Counted from the stretch's first letter, positions 29,418 to 41,625 are shown. The stretch: DNA of 64,000 nucleotides from Candidatus Latescibacterota bacterium (GCA_965198115.1 OZ240241.1:3648001-3712000), one strand, 5' to 3'. Notes: generated by a model from the letters alone, not told the origin. Program-made: numbers and translations.

Positions 29418-30221
29418 GTGCCCAAGAGACTGACGGACCAACAGCTGGAGGCGTGGAATCGGGACGGGTATCTCGTCCTCAAAAGGGTCCTGACCAAATC
29501 GCAGATCAACGGACTTCGCGCCGACGTCGACCGACTTTACAGAAAATACGTCACCCGAAACCCGGAAGCAGATGCGACGGGTGGCCTGGATCGACGGGAC
29601 ATCCTCCATGAAAGCAACCGATTCATCAAACTGATCGATCACCGGTCGACGTTCGACATAACGCGCCAGCTCATGGGACCGTGGATCCAGCTAAGCATGG
29701 CACAGGCGCTGATCAGGAAACCCGACCCCGGCTACAACGGCTACGTGCACACCGACGGCGGTCAGGCCCTAAGCCGAATCCGGGTGACGGAAACGAGTGC
29801 CCCTCTACAAGTCAAGTTTCAGTACTTTCTGACCGACGTGACCGGCGAGGATCGTGGCAATTTCGTCGTCTTTCCGGGCAGCCACCTCCGCCCCTATCCC
29901 CAGAACGGCGAACGCCCCACACCCGCCACCCCGGGAGCGGTGCAGCTCGAGGCGAGGGCCGGAGATGCGGCCATCTTTCCGCACGCGCTATGGCACGGTG
30001 TGGCCCCGAACAAAGGGCGCCGAGCAAGAAAAACGCTGATCTACTGCTACAGCCACCACTGCTTTCGCCAGTTCGACTTCAATATCGTCAACCCTGACGT
30101 CCTATCACGATGCACGCCCAGACAGCGCAGGCTCCTCGGTGACCTGGGGGCCGACTGGCGGCCGGGCGCCTACTTCTACAGTCCCGGAGACCAGGAGCAG
30201 GTCATCGGTTCGAACCCGTAA
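29418..30221 (+). CDS. Phytanoyl-CoA dioxygenase (PhyH) family
   Basis: RDGYLV, HTD, FPGSH, AGDAAIF..LWHG; start set at GTG 29418. Confidence 0.88.
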   Translation: MPKRLTDQQLEAWNRDGYLVLKRVLTKSQINGLRADVDRLYRKYVTRNPEADATGGLDRRDILHESNRFIKLIDHRSTFDITRQLMGPWIQLSMAQALIRKPDPGYNGYVHTDGGQALSRIRVTETSAPLQVKFQYFLTDVTGEDRGNFVVFPGSHLRPYPQNGERPTPATPGAVQLEARAGDAAIFPHALWHGVAPNKGRRARKTLIYCYSHHCFRQFDFNIVNPDVLSRCTPRQRRLLGDLGADWRPGAYFYSPGDQEQVIGSNP

Positions 30222-30222
30222 C

Positions 30223-30600
30223 TCATCCAGCCCCTCCAAGCCGAACCGAACGCCCGTCGTCGTTCACGGCCACATAGACCGCGCGCGCTTTCGTGACGCT
30301 GACGGTGCCCGAACCATCCACACGTTCAGCCTCCACATCGACCGCCACCGTGACCGATGACCGCCCCGTTTCGAGTGTTTCGGTGTAGAACGACACGAGG
30401 TCGCCCACGTTCACCGGCGCGATGAACTCCACCTTGTCGATCGCTGCGGTGACGACACGGTGTCGCGTGTGCTTCCGCGCCTCGACCGCGCCAGCAATGT
30501 CGAGATGGCTCAAAATGGCGCCGCCGAAGATCGTGCCGTGACCGTTCGTGTCTTTGGGCATCAGGATCACTCGGATCGAAGGTTCTCGGTTCTCGTTCAT
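30223..30600 (-). CDS. Acyl-CoA thioesterase (YciA-like hotdog fold)
   Basis: MPKDTNGHGTIFGG, VVTAAID, TGRSS. Confidence 0.92.
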   Translation of the reverse strand: MNENREPSIRVILMPKDTNGHGTIFGGAILSHLDIAGAVEARKHTRHRVVTAAIDKVEFIAPVNVGDLVSFYTETLETGRSSVTVAVDVEAERVDGSGTVSVTKARAVYVAVNDDGRSVRLGGAG

Positions 30601-32708
30601 CTCTCTCTCGCCCCTCCGAAATGCTTTTGGAGCAACCGCTTGGCACCGTCCGCCGCGATGTCCTGCGTGACGAGCTGACGCAGCAGCGATCTGCCCTGGC
30701 CACCCGCCTCGAATCGCTCGATAGCTGTCGCGAGCGCTGAATCGGCCGCCAACTCGTGCCCGCTCGCAAGCAGAAACATTACGTGTTCGAAGTGCAGATC
30801 GCGCAGGTTGCCGTTCAGTTTGAGCGCGTATTCGGCCTCCGAGCGGGCCTCCTCGAAGTAGCTGTGCTCGAAAAACGACCGGGCGATGCGCTGCCGCACG
30901 TGCGCCTGGAAGCTGTCTGACTCCGCCACGGACAGATCGACCACCTCCGAAAAGTGATCTTTCGCCTCCTCCAGCCTGCCGGCTCTCAGATACTTGAGCG
31001 CATCTTGATACAGGCGGATGGCTCGGGCCTCGGACCGGAGGCCCCGGGTGCGTTGCTCCCTTGCTTGAGTCGTGTCACCATCGGCAAGCAGCAGGGCGGC
31101 CACCCGATGGCGGGCGCCCCGCGCCCCTCTCAGTTTGCCCTCCGCGTATTCCTCGACCAGAGCCAACCACGATCCTCTTCGGGGGGCGAGCCCGTTCCGA
31201 CGGCCATAAAGGTGGACGTCGTCGAACGATCGTATCAGCCGAAAGTCGTCGATTCGACCGCCCTCCAGGTAGCGATGGAAGAGGTGTGCGTCCACGAAGG
31301 CGTGGCGACCGGTCCGTGTGGCATCCGCTTTGGACGTGTCGGCGTACTCGGCCGCCATCGCATTTCGGACAATTAGAAGATCCGGTCGGAAGTGGTTGAC
31401 GATCGGATAGGACCATCTCGAATAGCCTAAAAGCATCCAGAAACTCCGATGGCACGTAGGCGTAGGTCGAGTAAAGAATCCGTGTCGTCGACGGGTAGTG
31501 TTCGCCGATCCACCGACCCGCTTCGACTTCCGCTGATGCAACGTCACGGCCCGCTATCGCCAAGAACACGGCGCGTGTCTCTGATGCAGGCATCCACGCC
31601 GCCACGATGCCCAAAGCGACAACCCCCCATCGTCCGGATCGCCCCGCCATTCGATTCCATACATAGACGTAGCCATATCCAACGAAAAGGAGGATCACGG
31701 GCAAAAGTGGTAAGAGGTGGCGTGGCCGTTTGAGGCTGGAAAAGATCGATAGGTATGCCAACAGCACGATGACCCAGGCAAACAGAAGGAGCGTTTGTCT
31801 CCGGACAGGGATCTCACGCCGCCATACGCGGAGAGCAACGTGGGATCCGAGCAGGGAGAGGACGATCGTGTTGACCGGCCCCAGAAGCGTATAGAGAACG
31901 GTCAACCAGTTCAAAAGGCTGCGTTCTCCCCACACGGTGTGTCCGAATGCCATCACCTGGCGTTCAGCCTGCAGATTCTCGAGGAAAAGATCCAAGTCTA
32001 CGATGGCGTGCGGATTGGTCACTGCGAACGTCGTCAAGAACGACAAGACGATCACGGCAACGCCCGCGATCCGATGCGGATCGCGCCAGTGGAGAGCCAC
32101 CCGCATGGACCGATGTTCGTGGGCGCAAGGAGGGTCGCCAACCCGATGATCGGGAGTAGGAACAGCCCTCCGTACTTGGTGTTGAAAGCTAGTGCCGCCA
32201 GGACCGCAGCGCCCGCGACATCGAGCAGACTGAACCGCTGGCCGAGTCGGCAGACCATCAGCAGAGTCAGCAGAATCCAAAAGAGTTGAGGCAGATCGGG
32301 GTGGATGGTCACACCCCACCGCAGAAAAATCGCGGTCAGGGCAAGCAGAGCCGTCCCGATCAAGCCCGCCACATTCCCCACACAGACACACCCGAGCCGG
32401 TAGGTGAGGAACAAACATCCGATTCCAAAACAGGCGCAGACGGCTCGTAAAACGATCACGATCGTTCGGTCACTCGGATCGGTGAGGGGTGCCATCAGGA
32501 CGTAGGGCACGTAGTAAAACAGACTGCCGTACTTGAACGACAGACCGACATCAAGACCCTGTCTGAGCAAGTATCTGATCTCGACAGCGGCACCTGCCTC
32601 GTCCACTGAGAAGACATCGACCAGACGGATGTCATCGGCCGCGATCGCATAGCACGACAGAATCAGGATCAGAAACACACGGGACAACGACACGCTCGGC
32701 AAGCTCAA
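30597..32708 (-). pseudogene. ArnT/GT39-like membrane glycosyltransferase with TPR-like tail, split by two frameshifts (~32100 and ~31413)
   Basis: Three overlapping ORFs continue one protein: SVDE, HPD, NTKY; then TNPH..RPRHLLPLLP; then SYPIVNHFRPD and helical repeats. Confidence 0.7.
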
Positions 32709-32897
32709 TCATCCTCGAAATGCGGTGGCAAGTGCTTTTGAATTCGCAACTTAGGCACGTTTTGAAATATAGGTCCTACGGATGAAGAGGGTCAACAGAC
32801 GCCCGTGTCGACAGCTCACTCGCCACACCGGTCAACGCACTTCCATTCGGCCGGGCTGAGTTGACTTGAAAAGGCCCCTGGGTCATCTTTCGATGCC

Positions 32898-34784
32898 ATG
32901 CCGCACATTCAGATCGAAAACGTCTCCAAAGCTTATGGAGCGCTCGACGTCCTGAAGGATATCTCCTGGGCCCTGAACCAGGGGGATCGCGTGGGACTTG
33001 TCGGCCGAAATGGCTGCGGCAAGACGACGCTCCTCCATATTCTGACCGGTGAGATCCGACCGGAGAGTGGATCCGTACACCGCACCCGGGGCCATCGGAT
33101 CGGTTATCTTGCCCAGGACCCGGAATTCGAGCCTTCCAGCACGGTTCTGTCCACGATCCTCGAAGGATTCGGTGACCTGCTCGACCTGCGGGCTCGACTT
33201 CGCGATCTCGAGACGCGCATGGCCCAGGGCGATCAGGAACCGTCCACGCTCGAGATCTACAGCAGGACCCACGCTCGCTACGAACACCTCGACGGCTACA
33301 CCCTCGAGGCCCGCGCGGGCGCCATCCTCGACGGTCTGGGATTCCCCCTTCGCGAGCACGAAACTCCCGTCGAAATCCTCAGCGGGGGCCAGCAGAACAG
33401 ACTCGCATTGGGACGTCTCCTGGCATCCACCCCCGACGTGCTCCTGCTCGACGAGCCCACGAACCACCTGGATTTGCGTGCGATCGAGTGGCTGGAGCGA
33501 TTCCTCTCCGACTACGAAGGCACCTACGTCGTCATCTCACACGATCGGTACTTCCTCGATCGCGCCGTTAAGACGATCGTCGAGATCGAGGACACGCATC
33601 TCCGGAGGTATTCCGGAAACTACAGTTTCTACGTCGCGGAGAAGGCACGGCAGGTCGGACAGCAAAGAAGCGCCTACGACACCCAGCAGGCCGAAATCGC
33701 ACGAACAGAAGACTACATCCGTCGTAATATCGCTGGCCAGAAGACCAAGCAGGCCAAGAGCCGACGGAAGACGCTCGAGAAGATGGACCGGGTCGAACGA
33801 CCCGGATCGCACAAAACCGTCGACTTGCGAATCGGGATCGGCAAACGGGGCGGCGATCGCGTACTTCAGGCCGAAGACATTGCCAAGTCCTACGGCGACC
33901 TCACACTGTTCGAAAACCTCAACTTCATCGCGTGGCGCGGGGACAGAATCGGGATCGTCGGACCGAACGGGGCGGGGAAAACGACCCTCATCAAAGTCCT
34001 GACGGGGGCCCTCCAACCCGACGCCGGATGGGTCAGGCTCGGTCACGATGTGGAGGTCGGATACTACGATCAGAATCGAATCGATCTGAACCTGAACAAG
34101 ACGGTGATCGAAGAAGTCTGGTCGGTTACCCCCGAATCGACCATCACGGAGATCCGGACGTACTTGGGCGCCTTCCTGTTCTCGGGCGACGAAGTCGAGA
34201 GCCGGGTCGAGCACCTGAGCGGAGGAGAGCAGAGCCGCGTCGCCCTCGCAAAGCTCGTCCGCCGCCCCCTCAACCTGCTCGTTCTAGACGAGCCGACGAA
34301 TCACCTCGACATTCCTTCCCGCCAGGCCCTCGAAGCCGCTCTCAAGCAGTTTCGGGGAACGATCGTGACCGTGTCTCACGATCGTTACTTCCTGAACGAC
34401 ACGATCAACCGGCTACTCGTCATCGACCAGGGCGCTTACCGCACCGTCGACGGCAACTACGACAGCGTGCAGCAGCTGTGGGACCCACCCGATGTAGGAA
34501 CTCAAAAGAAGCCTGTAAGGGGGGCCAGGGTGGCACCGCGTGCCAGAAACCGGGATGTTCAAAAGAGGCGCAAACGGATCGAGTCCATCGAGGCCGAAAT
34601 CGCGGACTTCGAGCGCGAAATCGGCCAGCTGGACGACGAGCTTGCGCGGGAGGATCTTGCGACGGACTGGGGTCGACTGAAGGAACTGACCGACGAGAAG
34701 ACCCGCTTGCAGAACGAAGTGGAAACGCGAATGGCCGAATGGGACGCCCTCGAGGCGTTCATCGAGGACGCGGAGGTAGGCTGA
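32898..34784 (+). CDS. ABC-F family ATP-binding protein
   Basis: Two ABC domains (GRNGCGKT, GPNGAGKT, LSGG, DEPTNHLD), no TM helices, C-terminal coiled coil. Confidence 0.95.
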   Translation: MPHIQIENVSKAYGALDVLKDISWALNQGDRVGLVGRNGCGKTTLLHILTGEIRPESGSVHRTRGHRIGYLAQDPEFEPSSTVLSTILEGFGDLLDLRARLRDLETRMAQGDQEPSTLEIYSRTHARYEHLDGYTLEARAGAILDGLGFPLREHETPVEILSGGQQNRLALGRLLASTPDVLLLDEPTNHLDLRAIEWLERFLSDYEGTYVVISHDRYFLDRAVKTIVEIEDTHLRRYSGNYSFYVAEKARQVGQQRSAYDTQQAEIARTEDYIRRNIAGQKTKQAKSRRKTLEKMDRVERPGSHKTVDLRIGIGKRGGDRVLQAEDIAKSYGDLTLFENLNFIAWRGDRIGIVGPNGAGKTTLIKVLTGALQPDAGWVRLGHDVEVGYYDQNRIDLNLNKTVIEEVWSVTPESTITEIRTYLGAFLFSGDEVESRVEHLSGGEQSRVALAKLVRRPLNLLVLDEPTNHLDIPSRQALEAALKQFRGTIVTVSHDRYFLNDTINRLLVIDQGAYRTVDGNYDSVQQLWDPPDVGTQKKPVRGARVAPRARNRDVQKRRKRIESIEAEIADFEREIGQLDDELAREDLATDWGRLKELTDEKTRLQNEVETRMAEWDALEAFIEDAEVG

Positions 34785-35495
34785 GTGGCCCGGATCCTGG
34801 CGGTCGACGACATGCCCCTGCACCTAGACTACCTGCAGGAGGAACTGACACATCTCGGCCACGAGGTCGTGACGGCCGAAGACGGCCAGGAAGCTCTGCG
34901 GGCGGTTTCAGAACACCAACCAGACATCGTGCTACTCGATCTGTCCATGCCCGGCATGGACGGCCTTCAAGTCCTTCAAGTTCTCCGAAGAGAGGAAGCC
35001 TACGCATCTCTACCGGTGATCATGCTGACGGCACGGAAGGAGTATGAAGATCGGATTGCGGGACTCGACGCGGGCGCCGACGACTACATCACCAAGCCTT
35101 TTCACATCGGTGAGGTCTCTGCGAGGATCAAGGCCCTGCTGCGAATTCGCGACCTGCAGGCCAGCGTCCTCGAACGCGAAAAACGACTCGCGCAGCTTCG
35201 AGGCGTAGCCCAGACCCTCGTCACCCTGGCTCATCATCTCAACAACGCGACGCAATCGATTTCGGGGACCGCCCAGCTCGCGGCGTCGAACCCAGAGGAC
35301 ACGGGACTGTCGGAGCAGCTGCGCGAGGTAGCCATCCGACAGACCGAGAAAATCAGCGCTGTCCTTCAGACGCTTCAGCACACGGTCGACAACGTCGAAA
35401 TCGGCACGGTCGACTACGCTGGGGAACCCGACCGTATGCTGGACATCGAAGCGGAGTTGAGACAACGACTCGACGAAATCGATTCCGCACCCTGA
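34785..35495 (+). CDS. Response regulator receiver domain with DHp-like C-terminus
   Basis: VDD, LLDLSMPGMDG, ITKPF, then TLAHHLNN. Confidence 0.85.
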   Translation: MARILAVDDMPLHLDYLQEELTHLGHEVVTAEDGQEALRAVSEHQPDIVLLDLSMPGMDGLQVLQVLRREEAYASLPVIMLTARKEYEDRIAGLDAGADDYITKPFHIGEVSARIKALLRIRDLQASVLEREKRLAQLRGVAQTLVTLAHHLNNATQSISGTAQLAASNPEDTGLSEQLREVAIRQTEKISAVLQTLQHTVDNVEIGTVDYAGEPDRMLDIEAELRQRLDEIDSAP

Positions 35496-35554
35496 CGAAA
35501 CAGAAAAAGGCCGCCCGAATCTGGACGGCCCTCTCTCAAGACGGCTGCCGACAC

Positions 35555-35998
35555 TCAGGATACGTCTTCTAGGTCGACCAGCGTCGCCAGGATCTCGGCC
35601 TCCGACGCCACCTCGTCGCCCACCTTGGCGGTCGCCGAAACACGGACGACCTGTCTCCGCTGCTGGATCATCACCGCTTCCAAAATGAGCTGATCGCCCG
35701 GGACGACTCGTCGTCTGAACCGAGCCTTGTCGATTCCCATGAAGAGTGGAATCTGGCCCGCGCCCTCCTCCCCGACCATGAGGGCGGCGGTCTGTGCCAT
35801 GGCTTCCACGAGCAGCACCCCGGGCATCGTCGGTCGACCGGGGAAGTGCCCCTGAAAAAAGGGCTCGTTGGCGGTCACATTTTTCACGCCGACAGCCCGT
35901 ACTCCCGGTTCGAGCTCGATGATCGCGTCGACCATCAGAATCGGGAAACGGTGCGGCAGGATCCGCTGGATCGCCGCGTTGTCCAAGACGACCGCCAA
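35555..35998 (-). CDS. fabZ: 3-hydroxyacyl-ACP dehydratase
   Basis: LPHRFPILMVD, NEPFFQGHFPG.P.MPGVLLVEAMAQ. Confidence 0.95.
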   Translation of the reverse strand: MAVVLDNAAIQRILPHRFPILMVDAIIELEPGVRAVGVKNVTANEPFFQGHFPGRPTMPGVLLVEAMAQTAALMVGEEGAGQIPLFMGIDKARFRRRVVPGDQLILEAVMIQQRRQVVRVSATAKVGDEVASEAEILATLVDLEDVS

Positions 35999-36000
35999 AC

Positions 36001-36564
36001 CTAACGACCTGTCCTCGTCCCTGTCCCCCCTGTCTCTCTCTCGAGTTCGGTCTTCGTCGCTTCCTCCAGCGCCTCCAGAACTAACCGGGTCAGGTCGTGA
36101 CTTTCGTCCGCGAAGGCCAGGGCCGCCGTGTTCAACACGAAGTCGTAGCCCTTGTCTTTTGCGACTTCGGCGATGACCTCGTTGACCTGCCCGATGATCG
36201 GCTGCAGAAGCTCCTGCGTCTTACGCTGCAGCTTTCCGCCCTGCCCGCTGACCTCTTCCAAAAACTGTCGGAGCTCCACTTCTTTCTTCTGGATCGATTG
36301 CTGCTCTTCCTTCTTGCGCTGCTCGCTCATCAGAAGAGACTGACGCTCGAAGCTGTCCTTGAGTCGTGCCAGCTCATTCTGGGCCTTGCTGAACTCACGT
36401 GTAAGCTCCTCTTCGAAGCGCTGGGCTTCCTTCTGGGCGTCCAGGAACTTTTGAAAGTTCGTCGTAATCGCATCCGCATCGATGTAGCCGATTTTCGACT
36501 GGGCGTCAGCCCCGCCGACGAGAAGGATCGAGGCGGCCAGAATCGTCAATAGTTTCTTGTGCAT
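36001..36564 (-). CDS. skp: OmpH/Skp periplasmic chaperone
   Basis: Signal peptide, KIGYID, helical coil, VAKDKGYDFVL, DLT; located between bamA and fabZ. Confidence 0.9.
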   Translation of the reverse strand: MHKKLLTILAASILLVGGADAQSKIGYIDADAITTNFQKFLDAQKEAQRFEEELTREFSKAQNELARLKDSFERQSLLMSEQRKKEEQQSIQKKEVELRQFLEEVSGQGGKLQRKTQELLQPIIGQVNEVIAEVAKDKGYDFVLNTAALAFADESHDLTRLVLEALEEATKTELERETGGTGTRTGR

Positions 36565-36653
36565 ATCCATCTCCTGTGAGGTCGTGCGAAACCCGGCGGC
36601 TCGACCGCCACGCAACTCGTGTGTGAAGGCTGTGTCGTCCGTTTGAGCGTGTC

Positions 36654-38939
36654 TTAGAATTGGGGTCCAAATTGAAAGTGTGTCAACATCTGCGTGGGGA
36701 GCTTGTTCCCAGCCGAATCCCGACGGTCGAAGCCCCAAGCGAAATCGAATCCCATGATGCCCAGGAGCGGAGCCACGATGCGAATACCGAACCCAACCGA
36801 TCGTCTGAGATCGAGCATGCTGATCCTGGCGTGATCGTCCCACGCGTTGCCCGCGTCGGCGAACACGAGCGCATAGAATTGGTTCACCGCCAGAGGAATG
36901 CTGACTTCGGCGTTGAACAGCAGCTGCGACGTCCCCCCGATCGGAACGCCGGCCGAGTTGAGCGGACCGACCGACTGATCCTCGTACCCGCGGAGCTGCG
37001 TCCTATCGAACAGGGAGACGCCTCCGGGAGTGTAGAGTTCGCTGAAGGGAATCGGTTCGTTCCCATACCCGATCACCATGCCCAGGGTCGTCTTCAGACT
37101 GATTGCCGTCTTCCAAAACATCGGGTAGTAGAAGGTCGAGGTGATGTCGTGTTTGTGGAAGTTGACATTGCCCCCCAGAGGACCTCCAGCCACCTCCGGT
37201 CGGTAGCTGAACACGGACCCTATCGTCGCGAACGTGGGGAGGTCGCGGCTGTCCCTGGAGAAACTCATAGAGATGGCGCTCGTCACGTTGTCCCGCAGGG
37301 CGGGATCCCCGATACGAGTGGAATCTCGAAAATTGATGAAAGACACCTCGGACAGACTGTAGCCCAATGAAACGCTCGAAAAGTCTGGCCACTTCAGACG
37401 ACGACCGAGCCGAACCGAGCCACCCTGGCTGCGCTGGTCGAAATCGGCGAAAAACCGCTGGGTCGTTCGGAAGAGCTGGCCGGAAAGACTCGTGGGCGTG
37501 TTGAACATCCACGGCTCCGTGAACCCGAGCACGAAGGTCTCGCGCTGAGATCCGAACTCCCACTGGAAGTCGAGTTGCTGACCGTTCCCCATAAAGTTCG
37601 GAATCTGTAGCCCCAGCGTTCCCACCAGACCGTCCTGCTCGCTAAAACCCGCCCCGATCGACGCCGTACCCGTCTGCTTCTCCTCGACCGACACGACCAG
37701 GTCGATCTCCGACGTCGCCTCGTTCGTCTCGATGTCGGGCTCTACATTATTGAAAAAATTCAACTGCATCAGATTGCGAACACTACGTTCGATCTTCGAA
37801 CGCTGGAAAGTGTCGCCTGGCTGAATCCACAGCTCGCGCCGGATCACACGATCCTTCGTCTTGGTGTTCCCCGCGATCACGATCTCTCGCACCTTCCACG
37901 GGTCGTTCTCGATCACCGAATAGTGGAGGTTTACGATGTTGTCTTCGGCCGGCTCTTCCTTGCGCGAGACATACGCGCCGATGTAGCCGATGTCCATGTA
38001 GGCATTCCGCAGCTGCTCGAGCGACTTGTCGATGCGCTCGGTACTGTAGACAGCTCCCTCCTTCGACACGATCATCTCGTCGAACACGAAATCCGGCAGA
38101 TGCTCGTTTCCGTCCCACGAAACCGCGCCGACTCGGAATAGGGGGCCCTCGTCGATCGTGATGTGGATGAACAGGTCGCGCCCGGTCGAGTCGAAGAACA
38201 GGCTGTCGCTGACGACTTCCACTTGCCGGTAGCCGTTCTCACGATAGAAGCCCACGACCTTCTGCTTGTCCTCGTCGTAGAGATCCGCGTCGTATTTGCC
38301 TCCACCGAACCACCACCCGTCCTGTTTGGTTTCCTTCATCTGCTTCCGAAGCTTGCGGTCGGAGAAAGCCACATTGCCATCGAACGTAATTCGCTTCAGG
38401 TTGACTTTGGGGCCTTCCTGGATGCGGAAGATCAGCTCGACACGCCCGTCCTTGTCGGGGCGCCCTATCTCGGTCGAGACGCGCGCCAGATTGTGACCCT
38501 TTTCGTGGTAAGCCTCTCGGATGCCGAGTTCAGCCTCCACGCGGGCTTGAGGCCTGAGCACTTCGCCCCGTATGAACCCTGCCGTCTTTCTGAGTTTCTT
38601 GTCTTTGATCGCCTTGTTGCCCTCGAATCGGACCTCGCCGAGCCGGGGGTATTCCCGTACCTCGAAGATCACCACCACACCCCCCTCAGCCTCTTCGACG
38701 TAGACCTTGATGTCCTCGAACAGCCCGACACTGAAGAGATTTCGAATGGCGGTCGCGGGATGGTCGGGTTGGAGACGCTGATCGATGTCCAGACCGCTCT
38801 GAAAACGGACCAGCGACGCCTCGGTGATCTCGTTCCCCTCGACCCGAATCTCCTTGATCAAGGGACGTGGCGCACCCTGCCCCGACGCCGGGCGAAACCC
38901 GGCCAGAACCAACAGCAACGCACCGAGACATGGGGTCAT
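36654..38939 (-). CDS. bamA: Outer membrane protein assembly factor BamA
   Basis: POTRA repeats (GNTKTKDRVIRRE), FTEPW, LRGY, C-terminal Phe. Confidence 0.95.
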   Translation of the reverse strand: MTPCLGALLLVLAGFRPASGQGAPRPLIKEIRVEGNEITEASLVRFQSGLDIDQRLQPDHPATAIRNLFSVGLFEDIKVYVEEAEGGVVVIFEVREYPRLGEVRFEGNKAIKDKKLRKTAGFIRGEVLRPQARVEAELGIREAYHEKGHNLARVSTEIGRPDKDGRVELIFRIQEGPKVNLKRITFDGNVAFSDRKLRKQMKETKQDGWWFGGGKYDADLYDEDKQKVVGFYRENGYRQVEVVSDSLFFDSTGRDLFIHITIDEGPLFRVGAVSWDGNEHLPDFVFDEMIVSKEGAVYSTERIDKSLEQLRNAYMDIGYIGAYVSRKEEPAEDNIVNLHYSVIENDPWKVREIVIAGNTKTKDRVIRRELWIQPGDTFQRSKIERSVRNLMQLNFFNNVEPDIETNEATSEIDLVVSVEEKQTGTASIGAGFSEQDGLVGTLGLQIPNFMGNGQQLDFQWEFGSQRETFVLGFTEPWMFNTPTSLSGQLFRTTQRFFADFDQRSQGGSVRLGRRLKWPDFSSVSLGYSLSEVSFINFRDSTRIGDPALRDNVTSAISMSFSRDSRDLPTFATIGSVFSYRPEVAGGPLGGNVNFHKHDITSTFYYPMFWKTAISLKTTLGMVIGYGNEPIPFSELYTPGGVSLFDRTQLRGYEDQSVGPLNSAGVPIGGTSQLLFNAEVSIPLAVNQFYALVFADAGNAWDDHARISMLDLRRSVGFGIRIVAPLLGIMGFDFAWGFDRRDSAGNKLPTQMLTHFQFGPQF

Positions 38940-39084
38940 TCGACGATACACAGACACTCCAGGCCGACGTAGGAACCTACGTTCCGAAATACGCGTGGCC
39001 CGTAAAAAGGTTCCCCGCTCAATCACGGAAAACGGGCCCGGTAAACGGTCTCCGGGCCCGTCAGGTAGCTCTCATCCGTCGTGG

Positions 39085-41541
39085 TTACGCTTTGTCTCGA
39101 TCCACCACCTCGGCATCCACCTCCGCCGTCTCGTCCGTGAAGTGAAGGTTTTTGCCCTTTTTGGAGATCCGAATCTTGCTGCCCTCGCGAAACCGCCCCA
39201 TCAGAATCTCTTCGGCAAGTGGGTCCTCGACCAGCTTCTGGATCATCCGTTTCAGCTGACGGGCCCCGTAGGTGGGGTCGAAGCCCTTTTCCGCCACGAG
39301 CGCCTTGGCGCCAGGTGTCAGACTCAACGACATGCCCCGTTCCTCGACACGCTCAAGGACGGAAACGAGCATGATGTCGACGATCTGGATGATGTCCTTT
39401 CGATCGAGTGGATTGAAAATGACGGTCTCGTCTAGCCGGTTGATGAATTCGGGGCTGAACGCCTTTTTCACCTCTTCATTGATGCGCTGGTCCATGCGTT
39501 CCTTGAGTGACTTCTTGTCCGAGGCCTGGAACCCGAGGCCGCCCGATTTAGCGACCTCTTTCGTACCCAGGTTGGAAGTCATGATAAGGATGGTGTTTTT
39601 AAAATTGACCTTCCGCCCAAAACTGTCGGTCAACCGGCCTTCATCCAGAAGCTGGAGCAACAGGTTGAACACATCCGGGTGGGCCTTTTCGATCTCGTCG
39701 AGCAACACCACGGAATAGGGCCGTCTCCTGACTTTTTCGGTGAGCTGGCCGCCCTCGTCGTAGCCGATATATCCCGGAGGAGCACCGACGAGCCTCGAGA
39801 TTGCAAATTTCTCCATGTACTCCGACATGTCGACGGTGATCAGAGCCTCGTCGTCGTCGAACAGATACCGCGCCAGCGACTGCGCGAGGTGGGTCTTTCC
39901 GATCCCGGTCGGGCCCAGGAACATGAATGTCCCGATCGGTCTGTTCGGGTCTTTGAGTCCGGCGCGAGTCCGCCGAATCGAGCGGCACACGATCTTGACC
40001 GCCGCCTCCTGGCCGACGACCTGTTCTTTGAGTTCGTCTTCCATGCGAAGTAACTTCTCGGACTCGGCTTCGGCGAGCCTGAACACTGGAATCCCGGTCA
40101 TACTCGCGATGACCTCGGCGATGTTGTCCTCGGTGACCTCGACGACTTCGTCCTTCACTTTGCTATCCCAGGTCTTTCGCTTCTCTTCCAACAGTGCCTT
40201 CTTCGATCGCTCCTGATCCCTCAGTTTCGCCGCTTCCTCGAACTGCTGTTTGTCGGCAGCCGTATCCTTGTCGCGTGTGATCTTCTCGATCTCCAGCTCG
40301 AGGTCTTTGATCTCCTCGGGTGGATTCAGTCGAGCAAGACGGACACGTGACCCGGTTTCGTCGATCACGTCGATCGCCTTGTCAGGAAGATGTCGATCGG
40401 TGATGTATCGATCGGCCAGACGGACGGAGGCGTCGATCGCCTGCTCCGTGTACTGCACCTTGTGGTGTACCTCGTAGCTGGTTTTCAACCCCTTCAGGAT
40501 CTCTATCGTGTCGTCGGGCGATGGCGCATCGACCAAGATCGTCTGAAAGCGACGCTCCAGGGCGCCGTCTTTCTCGATGTATTTGCGATACTCATCGAGC
40601 GTCGTGGCGCCGATGCACTGAAGCTCGCCACGGGACAGCGCAGGTTTGAACATGTTCGACGCATCGAGCGTGCCCTCGGCCGATCCGGCCCCGACGATCG
40701 TGTGAAGCTCGTCGATGAAGATCACCACATCGTTGCTCTGCTGGAGCTCGTTCATCACCGCCTTGATTCGTTCTTCGAACTGACCGCGATATTTCGTTCC
40801 TGCGACGATCCCACCCATGTCGAGGGTGACGACACGCTTGTCGGCCAGGACCTGAGGCACGCGACGCTCAACGATGCGCTGCGCCAGCCCCTCTACGATC
40901 GAGGTCTTGCCGACACCGGGCTCACCGATCAGCACCGGATTGTTCTTCTTTCGGCGGCTGAGCACTTGCGACACACGCTCGATCTCGTCGTTGCGACCGA
41001 TCACCGGATCCAGTTTGCCTTGTTTGGCCAGTTCAGTCAGGTCACGGCCGAAGTGATCCAGAAAAGGCGTCTTGCTCTTCTTCTTCTCCCGCTTTCCCGT
41101 CGGTTTGCCCTGCAGGACGGCGATCACCTCCTCCTTCGCCGTCTTGTGGTCGACACCGAAGGCAGCCAGGATCTGCGCGGCCACGCCGTCCTTGTCTTTG
41201 AGCAGCGCCAGCAGCAGGTGGCAGGTCTTCACGAACTGGCTCTTCATTTCCTTCGCTTCGTTCGCCGCGATTTCAAGGATCTGCTTCGCCCGGGGCGTGA
41301 AGGGGACCTCGCCCATGGTCATCGATCCACCCGAAGAGGCCACGTAGTCGTCGATCGACTGCTTGATGTTCTCAAGGTTCAGACCGAGGTTTTGCAAAAC
41401 AGTGGTCGCCGAACCTTTGCCCTCTCGGATGATACCGAGCAGGAGATGCTCGGTCCCGATGTAGTTGTGACCGAGTCGGGCAGCTTCCTCCCGAGCCAGC
41501 TGCATCACGCGCTTCACACGGTCTGAGAACATGTTGTTCAT
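39085..41541 (-). CDS. clpC: ATP-dependent Clp protease ATP-binding subunit
   Basis: Clp-N domains, [11 protein letters not shown] domain, [17 protein letters not shown]. Confidence 0.97.
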   Translation of the reverse strand: MNNMFSDRVKRVMQLAREEAARLGHNYIGTEHLLLGIIREGKGSATTVLQNLGLNLENIKQSIDDYVASSGGSMTMGEVPFTPRAKQILEIAANEAKEMKSQFVKTCHLLLALLKDKDGVAAQILAAFGVDHKTAKEEVIAVLQGKPTGKREKKKSKTPFLDHFGRDLTELAKQGKLDPVIGRNDEIERVSQVLSRRKKNNPVLIGEPGVGKTSIVEGLAQRIVERRVPQVLADKRVVTLDMGGIVAGTKYRGQFEERIKAVMNELQQSNDVVIFIDELHTIVGAGSAEGTLDASNMFKPALSRGELQCIGATTLDEYRKYIEKDGALERRFQTILVDAPSPDDTIEILKGLKTSYEVHHKVQYTEQAIDASVRLADRYITDRHLPDKAIDVIDETGSRVRLARLNPPEEIKDLELEIEKITRDKDTAADKQQFEEAAKLRDQERSKKALLEEKRKTWDSKVKDEVVEVTEDNIAEVIASMTGIPVFRLAEAESEKLLRMEDELKEQVVGQEAAVKIVCRSIRRTRAGLKDPNRPIGTFMFLGPTGIGKTHLAQSLARYLFDDDEALITVDMSEYMEKFAISRLVGAPPGYIGYDEGGQLTEKVRRRPYSVVLLDEIEKAHPDVFNLLLQLLDEGRLTDSFGRKVNFKNTILIMTSNLGTKEVAKSGGLGFQASDKKSLKERMDQRINEEVKKAFSPEFINRLDETVIFNPLDRKDIIQIVDIMLVSVLERVEERGMSLSLTPGAKALVAEKGFDPTYGARQLKRMIQKLVEDPLAEEILMGRFREGSKIRISKKGKNLHFTDETAEVDAEVVDRDKA

Positions 41542-41625
41542 TGTGACGACTCCTCTTCTTTCACACCCATTTGGAGGGGATCCGGAACGAACCCTCTCGA
41601 ATAATCCCCGATTGACACTCGCGAT

